Assembly: GCF_009914755.1 (NCBI RefSeq)
Contig: NC_060928.1
Strand: one strand, 5' to 3'
DNA: 64,000 nt
Origin: the human T2T-CHM13v2.0 reference genome, Homo sapiens
Shown: positions 13,801 through 24,600 of the stretch, piece after piece
Position numbering within the stretch: position 1 is the first letter of the stretch
How the letters are laid out: every line of letters starts with the position of its first letter
Program-made: the position numbers and the translations under genes
The notes under the pieces: model-generated
Told to the model about the DNA's origin: nothing
What the model saw: the letters and a program-made list of their open reading frames with translations, nothing else
The model's database searches: none

Positions 13801-16800
13801 AAGGAAATATCTTCCCATAAAAACTAGACAGAAGCATTCTCAGAAACTTGTATGTGATGTGTGTATTCAACTAACAGAGTTGAACTTTTGTTTTTACAGA
13901 GCAGTTTTAAAACACTCTTTTTGTGGATTCAGAAAGTGGATATTCGGATGGCTCTGAGGATTTCGTTGGAAGCGGGATTACATATAAAATCTAGAGAGAA
14001 GCATTCTCAGGAACTTCTTTGTGATGTTTGCATTGAAGTCACAGAATTGAACATTCACTTTTATAGAGCAGGTTTGAAACACTCATTCTGTAGTATCTGG
14101 AATTGGACATTTCAAGCGCTTTCAGGCCTATGGTGAGAAAGGAAATACCTTCAAATAAAAACCAGACAGAAGCATCCTCAGAAACTTATTTGTGATGTGT
14201 GTCCTCAACTAACAGAGTTGAACCTTTGTTTTGATACAGCAATTTGGAAACACTCCTTTTGGAGAATCTGCAGGTGGATATTTGGATAGCTTTGAAGATT
14301 TCGTTGGAAACCGGAATATCTTCATATACAATCAAGACAGAAGCATTCTCGGAAACATCTCTGTGATGTTTGCATTCATCTCAGTAGAGTTGAACACTTC
14401 CTTTCATAGAGCAGGTTTGAAACACTCTTTCTGCACTACCTGGAAGCGGACATTTCGGGCGCTTTGAGGCCTATGGTGAAAAAGGAAATATCTTCTCATA
14501 AAAACCAGAAAGAAGCATTCTCAGAAACTTCTTTGTGTTGTGTGTACTCAAGTAACAGTGTTGAACCTTCCTTTTGACAGAGCAGTTTTGAAACACTCTT
14601 TTGGTAGAATCTGCAAGTGGATATTTGGAGAGCTTTGAGGATTTCGTTGGAAACGGGTTATCTTCATATAAAATCCAGACAGGAGCATTCTCAGAAACTT
14701 CTTTGTGCTGTATGTCCTCAATTCACAGAGCTGAACCTTTGTTTGGATACAGCATTTTGGAGACATTCCTTTAGTAGAATCTGCAAGTTGATATTTAGAT
14801 AGCTTTGAAGATTTCGTTGGAAACGGGAATATCTTCATAGAAAATCTAGACGGAAGCATTCTCATAAACTGCTTTGTGATGTTTGCATTCAAGTCACAGA
14901 GTTGAATATTCCCTTTTATAGAGTAGGTTTGAAACACTCTTTCGGCACTACCTGGAAGTGGATATTTCGAGCTCTTTGAGGCCTATGGTTAAAAGGAAAT
15001 ATCTTCCCATAAAAACTAGACAGAAGCCGTCTAAGAAACTTGTTTGTGATGTGTGTATTCAACTAACAGAGTTGAACATTTCTGTTACAGAGCAGTTTTA
15101 AAACACTCTTTTTGTGGAATCTGAAAGTGGATAATTGGATAGCTTTGTGGATTTCGTTGGAAACGGGATGACGTATAAAATCTAGAGAGAAGCATTCTTA
15201 GGAACTTCTTTCTGATGTTTGCATTCAAGTCACAGAATTGAACATTCCTTTTCATAGTGCAGGTTTGAAACACTCTTTCTGTAGTATCTGGAAGTGGACA
15301 TTTCAAGCGCTTTCAGGCTTATGGGGAGAAAGGAAATATCTTCAAATTAAAAACTAGACAGAAGGATTCTCAGAAACTTATTGGTGATGTGTGTCCTAAA
15401 CGAACACAGTTGAACGTTTGTTTTGATACAGCATTTTGGAAACACTCCTTTTGTAGAATCTGCAGGTGGATATTTGGATAGATTTTAAGATTTCGTTGGA
15501 AACGGGAATTTCTTCATATAAACTCAAGACAGATGCATTCTCAGAAACTTCTCTGTGATGTTTGCATTCCACTCATAGAGTTGAAAACTTCCTTTCATAG
15601 AGCAGGTTTGAAACACTCTTTTTGTAATATTTGGAAGTGGACATTTGCAGCGCTTTGAGGCCTATGGTGAAAAAGGAAATATCTTCTCATAAAAACCAGA
15701 AACAAGCATTCTCAGAAACTTCTTTTTGATGTGTGTACTCAAGTAACAGAGTTGAACCTTCCTTTTGACACAGCAGTTTTGAAACAATCTTTTTGTAGAA
15801 TCTGCAAGTGGATATTTGGATAGCTTTGAGGATTTCGTTGCAAACGGGATATCTTCATATAAAATCTAGACAGAAGCATTCTCAGAAACTTCTTTGTGCT
15901 GTATGTCCTCAATTAACAGAGTTGAACCATTGCTTGGATACAGCATTTTGGAAACATTCCTTTAGTAGAATCTGCAAGTTGATATTTAGATAGGTTTGAA
16001 GATTTCGTTGGAAACGGGAATATCTTCATATAAAATCTAGACGGAAGCATTCTCAGAAACTGCTTTGTGATGTTTCCATTCAAGTCACAGAGTTGAATAT
16101 TCTCTTTTATAGAGCACGTTTGAAACACTCTTTCTGCACTATCTGGAAGTGGACATTTCGAGCGCTTTGAGGCCTATGGTGAAAAAGGAAATATCTTCCC
16201 ATAAAAACTAGACAGAAGCATTCTCAGAAACTTGTTTGTGATGTGTGTATTCAACTAACAGAGTTGAACTTTTGTTTTTACAGAGCAGTTTTAAAACACT
16301 CTTTTTGTGGAATCAGAAAGTGGATATTCGGATGGCTCTGAGGATTTCGTTGGAAGCGGGATTACATATAAAATCTAGAGAGAAGTATTCTCAGGAACTT
16401 CTTTGTGATGTTTGCATTGAAGTCACAGAATTCAACATTCACTTTTATAGAGCAGGTTTGAAACACTCATTCTGTAGTATCTGGAAGTGGACATTTCAAG
16501 CGCTTTCAGGCCTTTGGTGAGAAAGGAAATACCTTCAAATAAAAACTAGACAGAAGCGTCCTCAGAAACTTATTTGTGATGTGTGTCCTCAACTAACAGA
16601 GTTGAACCTTTGTTTTGATACAGCATTTTGGAAACACTCCTTTTGTAGAATCTGCAGGTGGATATTTGGATAGCTTTGAAGATTTCGTTGGAAACCGGAA
16701 TATCTTCATATAAAATCAAGACAGAAGCATTCTCGGAAACATCTCTGTGATGTTTGCATTCAACTCAGTAGAGTTGAACACTTCCTTTCATAGAGCAGGT

Positions 16801-19110
16801 TTGAAACACTCTTTCTGCACTACCTGGAAGCGGACATTTCGGGCGCTTTGAGGCCTATGGTGAAAAAGGAAATATCTTCTCATAAAAACCAGAAAGAAGC
16901 ATTCTCAGAAACTTCTTTGTGTTGTGTGTACTCAAGTAACAGTGTTGAACATTCCTTTTGACAGAGCAGTTTTGAAACACTCTTTTGGTAGAATCTGCAA
17001 GTGGATATTTGGAGAGCTTTGAGGATTTCGTTGGAAACGGGTTATCTTCATATAAAATCCAGACAGGAGCATTCTCAGAAACTTCTTTGTGCTGTATGTC
17101 CTCAATTCACAGAGCTGAACCTTTGTTTGGATACAGCATTTTGGAGACATTCCTTTAGTAGAATCTGCAAGTTGATATTTAGATAGCTTTGAAGATTTCG
17201 TTGGAAACGGGAATATCTTCATAGAAAATCTAGACGGAAGCATTCTCAGAAACTGCTTTGTGATGTTTGCATTCAAGTCACAGAGTTGAATATTCCCTTT
17301 TATAGAGTAGGTTTGAAACACTCTTTCGGCACTACCTGGAAGTGGATATTTCGAGCTCTTTGAGGCCTATGGTTAAAAGGAAATATCTTCCCATAAAAAC
17401 TAGACAGAAGCCGTCTCAGAAACTTGTTTGTGATGTGTGTATTCAACTAACAGAGCTGAACATTTCTGTTACAGAGCAGTTTTAAAACACTCTTTTTGTG
17501 GAATCTGAAAGTGGATAATTGGATAGCTTTGTGGATTTCGTTGGAAACGGGATGACGTATAAAATCTAGAGAGAAGCATTCTCAGGAACTTCTTTCTGAT
17601 GTTTGCATTCAAGTCACAGAATTGAACATTCCTTTTCATAGTGCAGGTTTGAAACACTCTTTCTGTAGTATCTGGAAGTGGACATTTCAAGCGCTTTCAG
17701 GCCTATGGGGAGAAAGGAAATATCTTCAAATTAAAAACTAGACAGAAGGATTCTCAGAAACTTATTTGTGATGTGTGTCCTAAACGAACACAGTTGAACC
17801 TTTGTTTTGATACAGCATTTTGGAAACACTCCTTTTGTAGAATCTGCAGGTGGATATTTGGATAGATTTTAAGATTTCGTTGGAAACGGGAATTTCTTCA
17901 TATAAACTCAAGACAGATGCATTCTCAGAAACTTCTCTGTGATGTTTGCATTCCACTCATAGAGTTGAAAACTTCCTTTCATAGAGCACGTTTGAAACAC
18001 TCTTTTTGTAATATTTGGAAGTGGACATTTGCAGCGCTTTGAGGCCTATGGTGAAAAAGGAAATATCTTCTCATAAAAACCAGAAACAAGCATTCTCAGA
18101 AACTTCTTTTTGATGTGTGTACTCAAGTAACAGAGTTGAACCTTCCTTTTGACACAGTAGTTTTGAAACAATCTTTTTGTAGAATCTGCAAGTGGATATT
18201 TGGATAGCTTTGAGGATTTCGTTGGAAACGGGATATCTTCATATAAAATCTAGACAGAAGCATTCTCAGAAACTTCTTTGTGCTGTATGTCCTCAATTAA
18301 CAGAGTTGAACCATTGCTTGGATACAGCATTTTGGAAACATTCCTTTAGTAGAATCTGCAAGTTGATATTTAGATAGGTTTGAAGATTTCGTTGGAAACG
18401 GGAATATCTTCATATAAAATCTAGACGGAAGCATTCTCAGAAACTGCTTTGTGATGTTTCCATTCAAGTCACAGAGTTGAATATTCTCTTTTATAGAGCA
18501 CGTTTGAAACACTCTTTCTGCACTATCTGGAAGTGGACATTTCGAGCGCTTTGAGGCCTATGGTGAAAAACGAAATATCTTCCCATAAAAACTAGACAGA
18601 AGCATTCTCAGAAACTTGTTTGTGATGTGTGTATTCAACTAACAGAGTTGAACTTTTGTTTTTACAGAGCATTTTTAAACACTGTTTTTGTGGAATCAGA
18701 AAGTGGATATTCGGATGGCTCTGAGGATTTCGTTGGAAGCGAGATTACATATAAAATCTAGAGAGAAGCATTCTCAGGAACTTCTTTGTGATGTTTGCAT
18801 TGAAGTCACAGAATTGAACATTCACTTTTATAGAGCAGGTTTGAAACACTCATTCTGTAGTATCTGGAAGTGGACATTTCAAGCGCTTTCAGGCCTATGG
18901 TTAGAAAGGAAATACCTTCAAATAAAAACTAGACAGAAGCATCCTCAGAAACTTATTTGTGATGTGTGTCCTCAGCTAACAGAGTTGAACCTTTGTTTTG
19001 ATACAGCATTTTGGAAACACTCCTTTTGTAGAATCTGCAGGTGGATATTTGGATAGCTTTGAAGATTTCGTTGGAAACCGGAATATCTTCATATAAAATC
19101 AAGACAGAAG

Positions 19111-21662
19111 CATTCTCGGAAACATCTCTGTGATGTTTGCATTCAACTCAGTAGAGTTGAACACTTCCTTTCATAGAGCAGGTTTGAAACTCTCTTTCTG
19201 CACTACCTGGAAGCGGACATTTCGGGCGCTTTGAGGCCTATGGTGAAAAAGGAAATATCTTCTCATAAAAACCAGAAAGAAGCATTCTCAGAAACTTCTT
19301 TGTGTTGTGTGTACTCAAGTAACAGTGTTGAACCTTCCTTTTGACAGAGCAGTTTTGAAACACTCTTTTGGTAGAATCTGCAAGTGGATATTTGGAGAGC
19401 TTTGAGGATTTCGTTGGAAACGGGTTATCTTCATATAAAATCCAGACAGGAGCATTCTCAGAAACTTCTTTGTGCTGTATGTCCTCAATTCACAGAGCTG
19501 AACCTTTGTTTGGATACAGCATTTTGGAGACATTCCTTTAGTAGAATCTGCAAGTTGATATTTAGATAGCTTTGAAGATTTCGTTGGAAACTGGAATATC
19601 TTCATAGAAAATCTAGACGGAAGCATTCTCATAAACTGCTTTGTGATGTTTGCATTCAAGTCACAGAGTTGAATATTCCCTTTTATAGAGTAGGTTTGAA
19701 ACACTCTTTTGGCACTACCTGGAAGTGGATATTTCGAGCTGTTTGAGGCCTATGGTTAAAAGGAAACATCTTCCCATAAAAACTAGACAGAAGCCGTCTC
19801 AGAAACTTGTTTGTGATGTGTGTATTCAGCTAACAGAGCTGAACATTTCTGTTACAGAGCAGTTTTAAAACACTCTTTTTGTGGAATCTGAAAGTGGATA
19901 ATTGGATAGCTTTGTGGATTTCGTTGGAAACGGGATGACGTATAAAATCTAGAGAGAAGCATTCTCAGGAAGTTCTTTCTGATGTTTGCATTCAAGTCAC
20001 AGAATTGAACATTCCTTTTCATAGTGCAGTTTTGAAACTCTCTTTCTGTATTATTTGGAAGTGGACATTTCAAGCACTTTCAGGCCTACGGGGAGAAAGG
20101 AAATATCTTCAAATAAAAACTTGACAGAAGGATTCTCAGAAACTTATTGGTGATGTGTGTCCTAAACGAACGCAGTTGAACCTTTGTTTTGATACAGCAT
20201 TTTGGAAACACTCCCTTTGTAGAATCTGCAGGTGGATATTTGGATAGATTTTAAGATTTCGTTGGAAACGGGAATTTCTTCATATAAACTCAAGACAGAT
20301 GCATTCTCAGAAACTTCTCTGTGATGTTTGCATTCCACTCATAGAGTTGAAAACTTCCTTTCATAGAGCAGGTTTGAAACACTCTTTTTGTAATCTTTGG
20401 AAGTGGACATTTGCAGCGCTTTGAGGCCTATGGTGAAAAAGGAAATATCTTCTGATAAAAACCAGAAACAAGCATTCTCAGAAACTTCTTTTTGATGTGT
20501 GTACTCAAGTAACAGAGTTGAACCTTCCTTTTGACACAGCAGTTTTGAAACAATCTTTTTGTAGAATCTGCAAGTGGATATTTGGATAGCTTTGAGGATT
20601 TCGTTGGAAACGGGATATCTTCATATAAAATCTAGACAGAAGCATTCTCAGAAACTTCTTTGTGCTGTATGTCCTCAATTAACAGAGTTGAACCATTGCT
20701 TGGATACAGCATTTTGGAAACATTCCTTTAGTAGAATCTGCAAGTTGATATTTAGATAGATTTGAAGATTTCGTTGGAAACGGGAATATCTTCATATAAA
20801 ATCTAGACGGAGGCATTCTCAGAAACTGCTTTGTGATGTTTCCATTCAAGTCACAGAGTTGAATATTCTCTTTTATAGAGCACGTTTGAAAAACTCTTTC
20901 TGCACTATCTGGAAGTGGACATTTCGAGCGCTTTGAGGCCTATGGTGAAAAAGGAAATATCTTCCTATAAAAACTAGACAGAAGCATTCTCAGAAACTTG
21001 TTTGTGATGTGTGTATTCAACTAACAGACTTGAACTTTTCTTTTTACAGAGCAGTTTTAAGACAATCTTTTTGTGGAATCAGAAAGTGGATATTCGGATG
21101 GCTGTGAGGACTTCGTTGGAAGCGGGATTACATATAAAATCTAGAGAGAAGCATTCTCAGGAACTTCTTTGTGATGTTTGCATTGAAGTCACAGAATTGA
21201 ACATTCACTTTGATAGAGCAGGTTTGAAACACTCATTCTGTAGTATCTGGAAGCGGACATTTCAAGCGCTTTCAGGCCTATGGGGAGAAAGGAAATATCT
21301 TCAAATAAAAACTAGTCAGAAGCATCCTCAGAAACTTACTTGTGATGTGTGTCCTCAACTAACAGAGTTGAAACTTTGTTTTGATACAGCATTTTGGAAA
21401 CACTCTTTTTGTAGAATCTGCAGGTGGATATTTGGATAGCTTAGAGGGATTCGTTGGAAAGGGGATATCTTCATATAAAATCTAGACAGAAGCATTCTCA
21501 GAAACTTATTTGTGATGTGTGTCCTCAACTAACAGAGTTGAACCTTGGTTTTGATACAGCATTTTGGAAACACTCCTTTTGTAGAATCTGCAGGTGGATA
21601 TGTGGATAGCTTTGAAGATTTCGTTGGAAACGGGAATTCCTTCATATAAAATCAAACAGAAG
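19111..21662 (+). repeat. Chimeric junction HOR (2552 bp): 14-mer-type M1 to first half of M5 joined to 15-mer-type M6-M14b
   Basis: 14-mer alleles run up to ~19,855 (GAGCTGAACATTTCTGTTAC). 15-mer alleles appear from ~20,040 (AAACTCTCTTTCTGTATTAT, shared with ~22,590; AAATAAAAAC at 20,111; TTATTGGTG; CACTCCCTTT). The first duplicated monomer is at ~21,324-21,662. Confidence 0.88.
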
Positions 21663-24600
21663 CATTCTCAGAAACTTCTCTGTGATGTTTGATTTCAGCT
21701 CATGGAGTTGAACACTTCCTTTCATAGAGCAGGTTTGAAACACTCTTTCTGCACTACCAGGAAGTGGACATTTCGAGCGCTTTGAGGCCTATGGTGAAAA
21801 AGGAAATATCTTCTCATAGAAACCAGAAAGAAGCGTTCTCAGAAACTTCTTTGTATTGTGTGTACTCATGTAACAGTGTTGAACCATCCTTTTGACAGAG
21901 CAGTTTTGAAACACTCTTTTTGTAGAAGCTGCAAGTGGATACTTGGATAGCTTTGAGGATTTCGTTGGAAACGGGTTATCTTCATATTAAATCTAGACAG
22001 AAGCATTCTCAGAAACTTCTTTGTGCTGCATGTCCTCAATTCACAGAGTTGAAACTTTGTTTGGATACAGCATTTTGGAAACATTCCTTTAGTAGAATCT
22101 GCAAGTTAATATTTAGATATCTTTGAAGATTTCGTTGGAAACGGGAATATCTTCATAAAAAATCTAGACGGAAGCATTGTCAGAAACTGCTTTGAGAAGT
22201 TTGCACTCAAGTCACAGAGTTAAATATTCTTTTACAGAGCAGGTTTGAAACACTCTTTCTGCACTCCCTGGAAGTGGAGATTTCGAGCGCTTTGAGGCCT
22301 ATGGTGAAAAAGGAAATATCTTCCCATAAAAACTAGACGGAAGCCTTCTCAGAAACTTGTTTGAGATGTGTGTATTCAACTAAGAGCGTTGAACATTTCT
22401 TTTTACAGAGCAGTTTTAAAACACTCTTTTTGTGGAATCTGAAAGTGGATAATTGGATAGCTTTGTGGATTTCGTTGGAAACGGGATGACGTATAAAATC
22501 TAGAGAGAAGCATTCTCAGGAACTTCTTTCTGATGTTTGCATTCAAGTCACAGAATTGAACATTCCTTTTCATAGTGCAGGTTTGAAACTCTCTTTCTGT
22601 ATTATCTGGAAGTGGACATTTCAAGCGCTTTCAGGCCTATGGGGAGAAAGGAAATATCCTCAAATAAAAACTAGACAGAAGGATTCTCAGAAACTTATTG
22701 GTGATGTGTGTCCTAAACGAACACAGTTGAACCTTTGTTTTGATACAGCATTTTGGAAACACTCCCTTTGTAGAATCTGCAGGTGGATATTTGGATAGAT
22801 TTTAAGATTTCGTTGGAAACGGGAATTTCTTCATATAAACTCAAGACAGATGCATTCTCAGAAACTTCTCTGTGATGTTTGCATTCCACTCATAGAGTTG
22901 AAAACTTCCTTTCATAGAGCAGGTTTGAAACACTCTTTTTGTAATATTTGGAAGTGAACATTTGCAGCGCTTTGAGGCCTATGGTGAAAAAGGAAATATC
23001 TTCTCATAAAAACCAGAAACAAGCATTCTGAGAAACTTCTTTTTGATGTGTGTACTCAAGTAACAGAGTTGAACCTTCCTTTTGACACAGCAGTTTTGAA
23101 ACAATCTTTTTGTAGAATCTGCAAGTGGATATTTGGATAGCTTTGAGGATTTCGTTGGAAACGGGATATCTTCATATAAAATCTAGACAGAAGCATTCTC
23201 AGAAACTTCTTTGTGCTGTATGTCCTCAATTAACAGAGTTGAACCATTGCTTGGATACAGCATTTTGGAAACATTTCTGGAGTAGAATCTGCAAGTTGAT
23301 ATTTAGATAGATTTGAAGATTTCGTTGGAAACGGGAATATCTTCATATAAAATCTAGACGGAGGCATTCTCAGAAACTGCTTTGTGATGTTTCCATTCAA
23401 GTCACAGAGTTGAATATTCTCTTTTATAGAGCACGTTTGAAACACTCTTTCTGCACTATCTGGAAGTGGACATTTCGAGCGCTTTGAGGCCTATGGTGAA
23501 AAAGGAAATATCTTCCCATAAAAACTAGACAGAAGCATTCTCAGAAACTTGTTTGTGATGTGTGTATTCAACTAACAGACTTGAACTTTTGTTTTTACAG
23601 AGCAGTTTTAAAACAATCTTTTTGTGGAATCAGAAAGTGGATATTCGGATGGCTTTGAGGATTTCGTTGGAAGCGGGATTACATATAAAATCTAGAGAGA
23701 AGCATTCTCAGGAACTACTTTGTGATGTTTGCATTGAAGTCACAGAATTGAACATTCACTTTGAAAGAGCAGGTTTGAAACACTCATTCTGTAGTATCTG
23801 GAAGCGGACAATTCAAGCGCTTTCAGGCCTATGGGGAGAAAGGAAATATCTTCAAATAAAAACTAGACAGAAGCATCCTCAGAAACTTATTTGTGATGTG
23901 TGTCCTCAACTAACAGAGTTGAAACTTTGTTTTGATACAGCATTTTGGAAACACTCTTTTTGTAGAATCTGCAGGTGGATATTTGGATAGCTTAGAGGGA
24001 TTCGTTGGAAAGGGGATATCGTCATATAAAATCTAGACAGAAGCATTCTCAGAAACTTATTTGTGATGTGTGTCCTCAACTAACAGAGTTGAACCTTGGT
24101 TTTGATACAGCATTTTGGAAACACTCCTTTTGTAGAATCTGCAGGTGGATATGTGGATAGCTTTGAAGATTTCGTTGGAAACGGGAATTTCTTCATATAA
24201 AATCAAACAGAAGCATTCTCAGAAACTTCTCTGTGATGTTTGCATTCAGCTCATGGAGTTGAACACTTCCTTTCATAGAGCAGGTTTGAAACACTCTTTC
24301 TGCACTCCCTGGAAGTGGAGATTTCGAGCTCTTTGAGGCCTATGGTGAAAAAGGGAATATCTTCCCATAAAAACTAAACGGAAGCGTTCTCAGAAACTTC
24401 TTTGTGTTCTGTGTACTCATGTAACAGTGTTGAACCATCCTTTTGACAGAGCAGTTTTGAAACACTCTTTTTGTAGAATCTGCAAGTGGATATTTGGATA
24501 GCTTTGAGGATTTCGTTGGAAACGGGTTATCTTCATATTAAATCTAGACAGAAGCATTCTCAAAAACTTCTTTGTGCTGTATGTCTTCAATTCACAGAGT

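Larger units (their letters stand above)
44..19860 (+). repeat. 14-mer HOR domain (2383-2384 bp period), 8 complete copies plus a partial ninth
   Basis: Unit starts (CATTCTCGGAAACATCT) fall at 44, 2428, 4811, 7195, 9578, 11961, 14344, 16728 and 19111. The marker ORF MDIWRALR recurs at 317, 2701, 5084, 7468, 9851, 12234, 14617, 17001 and 19384. Diagnostic alleles include CTCAGTAGAG, GGAGAGC, CCAGACAGGAG, GAAGCCGTC, AAATTAAAAA and GGAAACCGGA. Confidence 0.97.

Noticed and set aside
16426-16432. Single GAATTC (EcoRI) site
   Set aside because: It is a one-copy point variant (GAATTG to GAATTC) with no structural meaning.
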